Shown here piece by piece: positions 51,630 to 64,000 of a stretch of 64,000 bases of DNA. This DNA comes from Lepidodermella squamata (Eukaryota > Animalia > Gastrotricha), in NCBI GenBank assembly GCA_047495785.1, contig JBLDXI010000001.1:4836001-4900000 (forward strand), given 5' to 3'. The position numbers and the translations under genes are program-made. The notes under the pieces are model-generated. The model was given only the letters and a program-made list of their open reading frames with translations. It made no database searches and had not been told where the DNA came from. Each line of letters starts with the position of its first letter. Position 1 is the first letter of the stretch.

Positions 51630-54508
51630 AGTTGACTTCGCCTCTAATTCACTAGTGCTACCACCCATCCTATGAACGAAAGCTGGATAAGCTTTTACAG
51701 GAGCTTATTGCTGTTCGAACGCATGTCTATCTTTTTCAGAATTTGCTCCAGATTTACTTTCGACGTCAGAACATGTCCTGACAACATCTGTGCGGAAATG
51801 TAACCGAATCTTGCGAATCTTCCGGGTCGGAAATGCCAGCACATCGCTCTATACTTAATATGATTAAAAATGACTAAACTCCGTCGGATTTGAAGAAAAA
51901 AGCTGCTGCAAGGTATTCCGGGATAGCCCCATTGTATAGTATACATCGTGTATAACATGCACTTGTATACTATGCAACCATATGCTATATGCTACACAGC
52001 GTGTAGCGTGTATAGTATACATGTATTCCATACAAGCTGCGGATGCATGCGCGCACTTGAATATCATACAAGTTCACCAAAATTACAGCCGTTTTCAAAC
52101 CTATAATGCAGATCAAGTTGGTAGAAGTATGACCCCCTGCTTAACATTAGAATTTACCAAAAAGCGCTCAGCGTTTAGAAAAAGATGGAAAGCTATGCAT
52201 ATTTTGGTCTTAAAGGATACCGCGGACAGCCGCCTACAACAAATATGAATAAAACCATAATGTAACTGTTGGGGCCCGAGAATGGCAGTACCCGCATATT
52301 TGTTATTTTTATAGAAGTAGGCACTTGATTCAACTTGTTAAACGTGAAATAAGGGGTCTACAATGTAAGGTCTAGGAATAGGACGGCTCCTTAACTCGAT
52401 TTTGAGATTAAATTGTGGCGGCTATTCAGGATGAAAAAGTCGTGCTGGATAAGTTGTGGTGGTTTTTGCCATTTTCTCTTTGAAAACCTTCTTCTCCATC
52501 TTTTCTCCGATTTGGATGCAAAAACCTATGGTGCAGTCATCGGTTTTTTCGTGATAAGTGCGAGGAAAGATGCAAAATGCTACATTTTTCTTCGATTCGA
52601 ACTTGATTCAGAAGTGAGGGGAAAGGACTGAAAAGCCGCGGATAAACACCGCATTTTCTGGCCATTTCTTACTTCCAAAGTAAGATCTTGTTGTGCTCTA
52701 TTAGAAAATGTGAAAATACTGTGGTTGACCGGATTCCGTTTCCTCCGGCAATGCCCCAATTGACTCCAGGTCAAGCATTTTCGAGGCGCTGGGTCTGCCG
52801 TAGTGAGTGCTAATCAGGACGACAAAGTCGTGGATAATTTGGGGTGGTTCTAGTTGTTTTCCTTCTTAAAACCGTCCCCCGAACGCCTTCTCTTTTTTTA
52901 CTACAAAAAGCTATGGTGCAACCATGGGTTTTTTCGAGATAAGGGCGACTGGAAACACCAAATTTTCTATTTTTCCTCGATTTTCAATCCGGAAGGGAAA
53001 AGACTGAAATGCCTTGGATAACCACCATATTGACTGGCTGTTTCTTACTTTCTTAGTTAGCTCTTCATGTGCTCTACTAGAAAATGTAAGAAAACTGCGG
53101 TCGAACCTGTTCCGTTCCTTGAATCAGCGCCTTCAAAGACACCAGGGGATGCCATTTTTCTAGGTCTTTGCACTTTCAGGTCGCCTAGCGCCGAAAAATC
53201 CAAGGTTGCCTATTTATTTCTATTCATTTTATGATACTCTCAACTATTCTCTATCATTTTAGCTGAAAAGTGCGTGGTAACATCCACAAAAAATATACAG
53301 TGAGCGCCCCCGAACCGCGCGGTAACCCGCAACTTGAAATCAATTTTCCCTCAAATCGCCTGCGGCAAAACTTTGCAATAAAATAAAAAATAAATTGAAG
53401 AATTAATATTAAATGCAAAAATATAATAAAAAATTATATTATTTTAGTTAAATAATTTATTTTTATCAGTTTTCACGCGCGGAATTTGTAAAACTTTGAA
53501 CCTTAAAAGAAATCTCTTTCCTACGTGGACGATTTCGTCTACGCAAAGAAAAGGTAACTTATAACTTACCGCCTTACCTCGACGCGCCCATCTGCGTCCG
53601 TTGGATGGAAGACCGCCTTGGCGCGAATCCAACGTAAATATACATACACATACATACATACATACATACTCTCATCAAAAACTTGATCAACAAACCATCT
53701 TCATAAAACCAGGCTTAGCAGCTCTGATGGCGTCGAAATCCCTCGACAAGCTCACCATCTCAGCTTTCGATTTCGTGCTGCTAGCAAGTGGAATGAAAGA
53801 AGAGGTAACTCGGCGGAGATATGGGGTCTCCAGGGGTAGCAGTGCTACCCCAAGTCTTTCGAGTCAATCAAATAACTACTCTTCTAGACATGTTCCTCAT
53901 TCCACAGTTCATAGTCTGGCTGAAATTGGCTGTAAAATTCATACGTAATTTTCCTGAAGCTGAACGCTGACCGCTTTTTGGTAAATTCTAATGTTAAGCA
54001 GGGGGTCATACTTCTACCAACTTGATCTGCATTATAGGTTTGAAAACGGCTGTAATTTTGGTGAACTTGTATGATATTCAAGTGCGCGCATGCATCCGCA
54101 GCTTGTATGGAATACATGTATACTATACACGCTACACGCTGTGTAGCATATAGCATATGGTTGCATAGTATACAAGTGCATGTTATACACGATGTATACT
54201 ATACAATGGGGCTATCCCGGAATACCTTGCAGCAGCTTTTTTCTTCAAATCCGACGGAGTTTAGTCATTTTTAATCATATTAAGTATAGAGCGATGTGCT
54301 GGCATTTCCGACCCGGAAGATTCGCAAGATTCGGTTACATTTCCGCACAGATGTTGTCAGGACATGTTCTGACGTCGAAAGTAAATCTGGAGCAAATTCT
54401 GAAAAAGATAGACATGCGTTCGAACAGCAATAAGCTCCTGTAAAAGCTTATCCAGCTTTCGTTCATAGGATGGGTGGTAGCACTAGTGAATTAGAGGCGA
54501 AGTCAACT
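51630..54508. mobile_element. 2.9-kb structure bounded by 546-bp near-perfect inverted repeats (51630-52175, 53963-54508)
   Basis: Arms are reverse complements; the ORF track gives identical peptides on opposite strands. No TSD or transposase seen. Confidence 0.65.
52420..53670. repeat. Diverged ~380-bp tandem duplication (52420-52790 / 52810-53160) followed by a (TACA)n tract; possibly a Helitron/Helentron-type non-autonomous element
   Basis: Collinear blocks aaagtcgtg..ggataa, ctatggtgca, aagactgaaa.gcc, tgtgctcta.tagaaaatgt; tacatacata repeat at ~53640-53668. Confidence 0.55.
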
Positions 54509-55711
54509 TAACGATACTTGTCTCCTTCTCGTGCACTGTTACAGAGTTTTCCCATACGAGCTACTGTAAAACTGAGGATAAATAAATGGATTCATTTCGA
54601 GACGTCCCATTTGTTGAATGGATGGGCCGAAGGCATGGGTCCCGAATGAGCGCTCTTAGGGTCGCTTGTTGGGGTGTCTTCAGTAGGACAGCTAGGTAGC
54701 GATTAGTGCAGTCTCGCTGATACTCCTAATCCACCACCTTTCACTTTTGTAACACGATGGAGTGGTCGGCCACCGTCGGGGTAGAGCGTCATTGATGAAA
54801 CACGGCCGACCCGGATGGGGATCGATCAGCTATCCACTGAACTACTGTGAGGCCTTAAAAGGGTACGAGCCTTGAGGATTTTACTACGATGCTCAACGTT
54901 GAAGCTGCAAAATGGGGACTGGCGTTTACAGTCGAGAATGAAATCATTTTTCTTCAGTATGTGCACTAATCGTCCTTTATCCACCTTAATCCACTTGAGC
55001 AACACTTCACGCGTGTAGTCACAGGTGGAAGGCAGTAGCTATCGTGGTTATTCGGCGGTTTTAACAGTTGATCTAGGTACTCTTCAGGTGACTGATTAGG
55101 TTCGAAAAATTAAAGGGCAGACCCTAAATACAAGGCAGGACTTGAACCTCGATTGAAAAAATTACAAAACTCCTGACTTATATCAATGAGAAGTTTGCGA
55201 GGAAAATCAAACATAACGTTAAATCGCTAGCGAAGAAAACTGACCTAACAATTAGAATTGCTTGGAAAACAGTAACGATGTCTAAACTTCTGGTATGTCC
55301 GAAATTAGATATTAGATATGCTCAATCATAAGTTTTTTTAAATTCGTTTCGACAAATAGAGACAATATGAACAGGAACAATTTCGACTTTACACTTATAT
55401 GGTGACTTTCCCAGACTTTCCCAGAATTAGACTAACATGGAACACTATTCACAGCGGGTGCACATTGCAACTTATTTGCACACGAGTAGGGTTCAAACAG
55501 CCACTTCCTTTATGAAATGCATAACAGATAAGTTATTAACAGATAACTAAACTAAACTTTAGTTTTCAACAGTGGTAAATGCCAAAATCTTCTGAAACAA
55601 TGTCTAGCTTATGAATGATATTACAATGATTTTTCTCTAGTTTCAGTTTTAATTTCCTCATCTCTGAAAGCTATATGTTTTGCCTTTTAGATGCAGTATT
55701 AGCAAAGAATA

Positions 55712-57353
55712 ATGATTCTGGTAAAACTGCGCGTGCTATCGTTACCAATGGTGACCAAACAATTTTGTGCTTACCGGCGACTTACTCATCTCGCGGCAAC
55801 GCTTACTGATACACGACATGACTCATTCTTTATTTTGAAGCGTTCCTTTTCAGCCGGCCCGCCCAAGAATGACTGGCGACCGAAAATCGGCAATGTGGCA
55901 GAAATTCTTACCACTGGAACTTGTAAAGAATCGCATCCGCAAAGAGCTTCCCTAAATCGTGAAAAAATCAATATCCTGCAGGACAAGTTAGATGTCGAAC
56001 TGGTCCCACTACTTAAGGAAGATGAACGACTGAGAGCTGAATATAGTACGAGACTTCGCAACCTTGAGTCATTAAGCTACAAATTACGGAAGACGACTAA
56101 TTCATACGAGCAGAATATTTCACTAACGCGAAAGCTTAATGTTGAGAAGTCATTGGACACCTTGAAGGGCTTGATCGATGCTAATGAACGTTCTATTGCA
56201 AAAGTCAGAGCCCATTACCTGCCGAAAATTCGCGAATTGCAACTGCAAGGTAGTTTCAACTTGCTTCATTTCGCATAGAGTGTTTGCTTTTTCTGTTCTT
56301 CAGTTCAGAATGAGGTACGAGGTAAGAACTAACATAAACCCCTTAATTTGTATATTTGTTTAGAAACATCTTTTCAGCGGATCTCCTAAAGGCGATGCAA
56401 TTAACAAACGGTTGAAGGCTATTGCAGACATGTTAGACAAGAAAAAAATGGACAAGTCCTTTTCTAAACTCTGTGGCAAACCGGCATTTCTCGAGGGATT
56501 ATATCGGAAATCGTGAGCCATTTTGATTGTTGTTAATTATTGTGTACGTGTTTACCACATGGTGTATTTAGAGATGAACTTTTCTTACCCAAAGAATCGT
56601 CTATTCAAGACGAGGCATTTGAATATTTCAAAGGAATTCTACGCGTGTGTTTAACTTGAGTTTTTACATATGATGTCTCTATGCAGCCTATCTTTGTTTA
56701 GCATTTCTTGGAGCGAATGCCGATTTCTGCGTATGACTTGGCGGCGAAGAGAGTGTTTCTCAGCCTCCCATTCTTTCTTTGCGCTTTGGGTAAGTTGGTG
56801 TTGTTTTTGTATGCATTTTGTAATGAGACTATTGTTTAATAGATGGACTTGATCCACAGTATCGAATTGGTGTAGAAGTGAGCATCAGCGACGAGCACAG
56901 CGACCTTGATGGCAAAGCCGACGTCATCATCTCTTGCGGTAAAGTTGAAATAGTAGTTGTTGAAGAAATCAGAGGTGGTAAATCGAATGAGGAATCACCT
57001 GAATCTGCGATTCCTCAGGCTTTAGTACAGATGGACTGTTTATCAAAGGTAACACATATGGCAACTCGTTCGACGTTTATTAATAATACTATTGTTAGAA
57101 ACGCCTATCGGTGAAGCGCCCTGGTTTCCAAGCGGACAAGTTACGTTCTTTCGGAATTGTGACCGATTGTGTCAATTGGTACTTCCTCAAACTTGAAATT
57201 GATGGAACCTATTCCGTCTCAGATCTATATGACTTACCGGCCGGTATTTTTGGCGAAGGAAACTCAGCTCAGTCTTTGCTTCGTGGAATCTGCATGCGAA
57301 TTCGTGGGCTGATTGAAGAAGCCACAGAAGAAAACTGTTCCCTTCAAAAATAA
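55712..57353 (+). CDS. ~439-aa coiled-coil + PD-(D/E)xK restriction-endonuclease-fold (Crinkler-like) protein, 7 exons (55712-56249, 56304-56314, 56364-56512, 56572-56644, 56702-56789, 56843-57048, 57099-57353)
   Basis: GT-AG junctions give one open frame of 1320 nt; C-terminal motif GKADVII..VVVEEIR..AIPQALVQM..SFGIVTDCVNWYFL; AATAAA after the stop. Confidence 0.7.
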
Positions 57354-57812
57354 CCCCCTTCTCTATTGACTTTTCGGTCGTTTTTTTGATGCTAATAAAC
57401 TGATATGGCTTTTGTTGAACATTTTTGTATCATTCCGGAGTAATGAACTCAGTACCTAAGATAAGTCCATTAATGATGAAAAACGATAAAACATGATGAA
57501 AACATGTTTGCAACACCCGACTCTGTTTTTGGCATTATTGAAGCAAGTTGAAAACAAGTGTAAATCCTATTTAGAACCCCTTTTCATCATATTCGTGCGA
57601 CCAGATTATGTGTCCTAACCTCAGGCGCTGTTTTCAACAATTCGGCTGACTTCCGCCCAATGCGAGCCTAATGTCAATGTTGGGAATATAATCCATAATA
57701 TGTATGCCTACAATCGCTCGGAGCCAGCGATATTCTATAACGTTTAGCCTATTTTCCTGACTAGGAGAAATATTCCACGATTATCAGTCACCCCATGAAC
57801 AACTACGGTATG

Positions 57813-57971
57813 TTTTTTAGCCTGCGCGATGATCCGCGAGCTGTCCACGTGAGTCGGGGCTTAGGGCCGTAAAATTTCTCATTTAGAAAATTCACGTTGC
57901 AGGGCTGGGAATCGAACCCAGGACCTCTGTGCAGCCAGTCACGAGCTCAACCAATAAGCCACGAGACTGGT
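57813..57971 (-). mobile_element. tRNA-derived SINE
   Basis: Pol III A box TGGCTTATTGG and B box GGTTCGATTCC in a tRNA-like head with a poorly paired acceptor stem, followed by a body and a short A tract. Confidence 0.7.
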
Positions 57972-58049
57972 CGCATTCGGCACCATTAAAAAGTTGTTTT
58001 TGTAGAGCATGCGATCTATTTTTTATAAGCGACCCCACAAAACATTGTT

Positions 58050-59596
58050 TTAGCTCGAACCGGTGGCTCTCTCGAATAGGCTATTGAGAAGCAAACGATT
58101 GAAAACGAGGACGAACGTTTAAAAATAGAAAAGCAGCGTTTGGAACTTGAAGAAAAAAGGTAGTACATTTAATTATTTAAATTATTATTTTCAACTTCTA
58201 TCCGTTCTTGTTTTCAAAAAATCTAAATTTTCTAAAATCACTTTTAAAATTGAGAATTTGTCGAATTTTCTTAAAAGCTTAAAAGAAAGGCGAAAAGGAG
58301 TTTGAAATCAAAATTATACCAGATTTTCAACTAGTTGAAATGGTGTCTTTTGAAAAAGATGAATGGCGCATGATTGTTAACTCGATTGAAAACTATGAAT
58401 TTTTCGGAAAAAGCAAGATCTTGAACTGTGGGGGTGGGTAAGAATTTCTCTTTGCCTGCCTTCGCCCTCTTCAAAACCGGAAACGGTAAATGACGCTCAG
58501 TCTAGAAGAGGTTTAAATAAAACTATTATTATTATTATTAAAAGCTGGAAAGTGAAGAGAGAAGGACGATTATGGAAAATCAAAATCAGCAAATGATTCA
58601 AATGATGCAAAGCCAGAATAATTTGATGATGATGATGATGCGTGCTTCTCAGCCCCTTCAACAGGCGCAATTCCAACATCCTCAACCGAATTTGCAGCCA
58701 AGTCTGCCAATTTTCCAAAATCAGCCTATGAATTTTCCGCAACAGCCGAACTTTTCGCGACAGCCTAATTATCCGAATTATCCGCCACGAGCGAAATTTC
58801 AATAAATTTATCGAGTTCGAGTCAAGAAAGGCTAAATAAAAATGTCAGATTAGAGATTAGATTAGAAACTGATGATTTAGCAATTTTTAGAGTTCTATGA
58901 CTGAGGTGAAATAAAAAATATTGAAAAGCCCGAGCCATCATTTTTATTTTCAGCCAATAATATTTCCCGAAAACTATTTTTGTAAGAAAGCCGGCCGTTA
59001 TCATCATGCGCCCTCAACAAAATGTCGCATAAAAATGTTTCTGATTTCGCGCGATATGTTTCGCAATTCCAAGTCATTCTCGCCAATTTCGGGATTTCCC
59101 GGCGGTAACGGTAACATGTTGGGAATCAGATGATTGATCTGCTGCAACCAATGATCGAAAAATGGCTGTTTTTCCTCCTCACAATAGTTGTGTAGAGTAT
59201 ATAGCTGTCGCGGCAATCAAGCAAGTTTGGAATTCCTCACTCATCCCATTTGTTATCAGTCCTCTCTGCCATCGCCCCTTGTAGCGCCCAATGCCATGAT
59301 CGGCTGGTAATCGAGCTGGTATGAAGTTCAAATTATAGGTTTGCCGGCCTTGATTCCCTAGCAGCTCGGCTTCTGAGAAGGGCGTCATCAGCCACGATTT
59401 CTCAGGCTGAATCGCCCAATATCACAACGGGAACTTCTTCACCCGCCACCCGACTCGTCACATCGGGATACAAGTCGGAACCCACCCGTTCTGCGCGAAT
59501 GAATAGTGACGACCATGATAAGAGACGAGCATCATGCACTGATCCCGCTCCTCCGACAAAAATGTCTATAAATTTGTAGTTGTGGTCTACTAAAAC
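58050..59596. mobile_element. Degenerate PIF/Harbinger transposon: transposase fragment (minus, 59596-59004) convergent with the C-terminus of the accessory Myb/SANT-type gene (plus, ~58053-58805)
   Basis: VDHNYKFIDIFVGGAGSVHDARL, ILGDSA, WLMTPF, KGRW, LHNYC (DDE_Tnp_4 motifs) with frameshifts; opposite strand has a coiled coil and a Q/P-rich tail. Confidence 0.85.
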
Positions 59597-59632
59597 CTAT
59601 AGAAAAAAGAATAAATATGAAAAATAATTCCA

Positions 59633-59850
59633 TACCGTAAGCCGGTCTTATTTCGGACAGGGTAACTTCGGACACTTATTTTGACTTTAAACTTAAATTT
59701 CTCCTTCCGTTCAAAATTCAGAAGATAGCCCTAGTCTTGGCTTTCAAATGACACCTGAAACATTAAAAGCGGATAAGAATGCGAAGAATAGTCCAACTTC
59801 TTCGCAGTCATGTCCCGCGACCCAAAATTACTAAATTTTCACCAGGTAGG
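59633..59850. mobile_element. End of a TA-CCGT-terminated (Tc1/pogo-like) element; related sequence at ~36680-36995 and inverted at ~38950-38975
   Basis: taccgtaagccggtcttatttcggaca versus tgtccgaaataagaccggctcacggta; shared gtccaacttcttcgcag..tgtcccg.gacccaaaattactaa. Confidence 0.6.
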
Positions 59851-61279
59851 TATTTTTTGCTGGAGAGAAGCGGAAAAGATAGAGCACCATCGATTTAGTA
59901 ATGCTGCCATGTTCAAACCAATATTCGATATGCAATGACCGTGCAGAAATAAAATGGAATATGAAATGCTCGGGAAAGTCAATCTAGCCAGAGTTCAAAT
60001 CTTTTAGCATCTCGTCCAGCAACGTGCCTTTGAGAAATGAAAAGCGCAGCTGCATCTTTTCTACCCGATAATACCTATTTATGCTAAGACTTTCAGTCGA
60101 CAAAGTGGGTTCTTAGCGGAGTCGATTACCGATCACCCTTTTTCAATGCATTACGAAGCTATGCATAATATTATAAAAAAGAGGCTTATTTAGAAAGATT
60201 ATCCATGATCATGCCGAGCCTCTCCTCTGCTATTCCGCGACCGCAAAGCCAGATGAGAACTCGTGTTGAAGCAATTAGCCGAAAATGTTATCTCATTGAA
60301 TAGTCACTGGAACTATGAATTGCATGGCTCTTCAACTGTGGCCTTTCTTCGCTTTTTTGGAAACGGGGCCAGTAATAGTAGAAATTGATTGGAGTTTTAC
60401 ATGAATTTACCGACAGGTTATTTAGGAAAAATGTTTGAAAACTTGGGAACGATGATTTCTCTACATTCCTTTTTGTCGCAAATTAATATTTTGAAAATTT
60501 CTTAAAACGTCAGATTTTTTTAATTTAGTGCAGTAGCCGTTTATTAGAATTTTTATTATTTGTCGCATTTGTGCAAATGTCGTCGCACTAATGTTGGTGC
60601 AAATCTAATAAATGACGCCCAGCAATTTTTCCCACGAATATTTTTCATTTTTATTTCATTAATTTTCCCGAAAATTTTTCTTTTCAATTTCCTAATCCTA
60701 ATTTCTAATAAGTATTCAATCGGATTATTTGTTGTATATTTACACGGAATGTTTTCTCGTACCCTCGAATAATGACCGTTTAATCACCTGTCAAAGTTCG
60801 CATGCTCGTTTATTGCCCGGTCTGATCCTGATCTCGCGGTTCCGAGTAGAAGTTATTCACAATGTATATTGCGTTCAACCTTCTAGTTGTTATATCATCG
60901 TGTATTCCGCAGCTGGGCCAACCGATCGCACGTTTCGAGGATAGCCAAAGGTAAACAAAAATATATATAGGCCACGCGCTCCCACTCACTCGCACTCGCT
61001 CCGAGACTGAAAGTGCGTGCTATAGTACATTATATATTATTCCATTCACATGAAATTCTACACACATGCTATACTATAGTAATGTGCCTAGGTGTAAGCT
61101 TTCTTTTACATAAGCCTCGTAACATGTAAAAAGTAGGGCTTTTACTTTCTACTTTCTGTTATCATTGTAGCGTGAAAAACCTTATCAGAAAAAACGCATG
61201 GATTCGTTGCTGTTATTCCGCCGCCTCATTATCTCCTGAAAGTGTAAAGTAAAACCGAGGCTGCGAAATTAGCTGCGAG

Positions 61280-64000
61280 ATGGCCGATTCTTCGACGTTG
61301 ATCGAGCCCATGACCACGGCGAATAATTTAGCTGTGAGTCCGAAGGAGACACCGGCGCCGTCACGCTCGAACACGCCGTCGGGCATGAGTGCGTCGGAGG
61401 CGGCGCAGTTCAACGCCGATCTCATCGCCTCCGTGTTCTCGGCGTCGATTTTGAAGCGCCGCATGTCGACGCGCCAGAAAATCAACCACTTCCTGCACAC
61501 GCCGCTCGCTCAAACCGTCATTGTTGTGTTCGTCATTCTCGATGCGCTCGTTGTCTTCGCTCAACTCTACGTCGACCTGCAAGGCGAAAAAGGTATACAG
61601 CGAGGGCAATTTTTGCGAATGTCGCGTTTTGACCTAGTTTTTATTCGTTATATCTGTTTCTTTGGGAAGTTCGATTTTAAGAGATCTCTTTAATTGTGCC
61701 AAATTTTTAGAATTTTTTTCAATATTGTTCAATGAAATGAATTTTTTAAATTTTTAGAAAAATTCCGGCAACTCGAGCTTGTGTGTAAATACAACAAGAC
61801 GGAAGAGGCTGAGGAGATGGAGCCAACGATTCATGCCTATGAGATGGCGTTTGAAGCTCTCCATTACACAAGCATGGCCCTGATTTCGCTTTTCTTCGTT
61901 GAAGTTTGTCTTCCAAGTCCATGAATTCGCCCATGAAATCTTTTTTTTGTAGGTCACGCTTAAAGTTGTCACTGGTTGGCACCACTTCGTTTCGAGTATA
62001 ATCGAGGTAAACAGCAAACACAAAACAAATATTTGCAAATTTTTTGTAACCTTATTTTGAAGTTTACCTAGAATTTACATGCGTGAATTTATGGAAAGAG
62101 TTTTTCCGAGCATTCCGAGAGATTCCATAGCCCGCACCTTGATAATTCTTTAATCGATCGACATTTTCCATTGCAAAAACTGTTTCTTAGTAGTACCAAA
62201 CCAACATCATCAGGAGATTTTTGCGTCTTGATTAGCGAATATTTTTCTCCGTTAGCAATAGCCAACCCTGATTGATTTCGCACAATTATATTCAAAATGT
62301 AAAATCTCTGGCAATGAAATTCGTGAAGCCAGGTCGAAAAATGCTTTTCATCAGCTAAATATTGGCTCGATCTGAGTTTTCAGCTGCGATTGCGTCCAAA
62401 TATTCTAAATTGTTGCTTCCGAGCAACACATTTATGTGATTTTATTTCAATTTTTGCCCACTTGAGCGAAAGCGTTCCATTTTGGCTACATGGTACCCTA
62501 AGGTATGTAGGCTAAAAGTACGATTTGGCCCTGTGTACTCAAGCATAACTCGCTAACTGACCGCCGAAAGCGCAAAATTCGAGCAATATTTAGATAGTTA
62601 GATCTGGCTGAAAAACACTGACAATCAGAATTGATAGAGACTCAAGGAAAGGCGTGAAACTCGAAATCCACATTTTGGGGAAAATGTTGTTCTTGAATCC
62701 TAAATTGAAGGCACAGCAATCTAGATTCTCCGTATTCGTTTTCGCGCAACAAAAATTCACTCGTTTCAAAATATCACCTTTTTTATTTGATTTGCGTAAA
62801 AAAATAGCACAGTATGATGTGAAATGTCGACTACATGGTAGCCGGGCCGCCGCGACTCGGCGCCCCGAGTTGCCGCGCCCGATCGCGAAACTGCGTCGCT
62901 TTCGCAACGTCCTGCTCGATGCCGGCCGCCTGCGACAACTGCGGCGCCTTGCCGAAGAGCAGCGCCGAGGCGTTGACGCAGCCGGGCGCGTCGCCCAGCT
63001 CGCACGCCCGCGCCAGCAACCGGATCACCTCGCGGCCCGTCTGCGGACTGCGCACCTCGCTGTCCCTGCCCTTGAGCTTTATGTCCGCCAGCCGGGTGCA
63101 CGCGCCGGCCACGCTGCCCTCGTCGCACGCCCGCTGCAGGTACTTCGCCGCCAGCGGCCAGTTGAGGTCCGAACTCGCGAACATGGCCGCCGTCATGCAC
63201 GTCTTCGGCTTGAGCTCGCACGCCTTCCGCGCGAGTTCCACGGCGCCCTTCTGGTCCTTCGGGATGCCCTTGCCGAGGGCTTTCATGTAGGCGAGGCGGT
63301 TGCACGACTCCGGCTCCGAGTACGCCGAGCACGCGTGTTCGTAAATCGCCGCCGCGCGTTCGTAGTTCACTTTCACGTTGTACTCGTATTCGCCCAACAA
63401 TCGACAACCTGACGAAAAAAATAAAAGAAAAATCAGGAAAAATACAAAAATTTCAATTTTAATTCGCATGCTTTTTCGAATACTTTTGATTCGGCCGGTT
63501 TTTCAAGAAGTATCACGATATTACACGTTATTACAATTTCTTCATTTCAAATTCAGTCGATATTCGGAAATGTTGACAAATAATTAAATTTTATATTCTT
63601 TCCAACAGATACTCGCATTATTTTACATTCATTTCGAGAAATTAAGAAAATGGCTCACCTTCGGGGTCTTTTTCCTTGTAGCACGCGAACGAATACTCAG
63701 CCGCAATATTTTTCAAGTACTCCTCCGCCTCGGCCTCGTTTTTCCAATCAACAAAACTGCCCATCGCACGAATTTGATTAAAATAAAATACCTACCATAA
63801 AACAAAATAACAGCTATGAAAAATTATAAATAAATTAAAATAAATAAATTCCTCATTATTTTTGCTAGATTTTGGACGGTTGCATCGTGGTGATATCGTT
63901 CGGCCTCGACATCATGCTCATGTTCGAGGAAGTCAGCGTCGCCATCGAATCCATCGCTCAACTGCTCATCATGCTACGGTTGTGGCGCATCGCCCGCATT
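61280..64000 (+). CDS. HVCN1: Voltage-gated proton channel Hv1, exons 61280-61592, 61758-61903, 61953-62006, 63869->64000 (runs off window)
   Basis: S1 VILDALVV with the selectivity Asp, S2 ALHYTSMALISLFFVEVTLK, S3 EILDGCIVVISFGLD, S4 LRLWRIARI (RxWRxxR signature). Confidence 0.88.
62831..63764 (-). CDS. COA7: Cytochrome c oxidase assembly factor 7 (Sel1-repeat), 2 exons (63764-63659, 63408-62831)
   Basis: [43 protein letters not shown] matches the COA7 N-terminus; Cys-rich Sel1 repeats ACEL, ACDEG, GCVNAS. Confidence 0.9.

Noticed and set aside
51695-54443. Duplicated 67-90 aa ORFs on both strands
   Set aside because: By-products of the inverted repeat; no recognisable motifs.
57898-57971. 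Functional tRNA gene
   Set aside because: Acceptor and anticodon stems pair poorly and a SINE-like body follows.
62654-63412. Long plus-strand and alternative-frame ORFs over COA7
   Set aside because: Shadow ORFs caused by GC-rich codon usage of COA7 exon 2.

Overview
Compact, intron-containing animal (invertebrate) genomic DNA with short GT-AG introns; it is not prokaryotic. In order the window holds: the 3' end of a hydroxylysine-kinase-like gene; a 3-exon divergent class A GPCR; two tandem intronless, highly divergent Cys-loop channel genes; a canonical nicotinic receptor cluster (two alpha subunits on the minus strand, head-to-head with one non-alpha subunit); a ~21 kb tandem array of secreted proteins built from six unrecognised 4-cysteine modules plus a C-type lectin domain (two intact copies, one truncated, one pseudogene, two relics), riddled with LINEs and MITEs; a two-domain Ly6/three-finger membrane protein head-to-head with a third intronless Cys-loop gene; a 2.9 kb structure with 546-bp near-perfect inverted repeats; a spliced gene for a Crinkler-like PD-(D/E)xK nuclease-fold protein with a possible mitochondrial presequence; a tRNA-derived SINE; a PIF/Harbinger relic; and an Hv1 proton channel gene with COA7 nested antisense in an intron. 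Best candidates for new biology: the intronless nAChR-derived family resembling cephalopod chemotactile receptors (with a linked Ly6 gene), the modular lectin array, and the nuclease-fold gene. All gene models were spliced by eye and no database searches were run.
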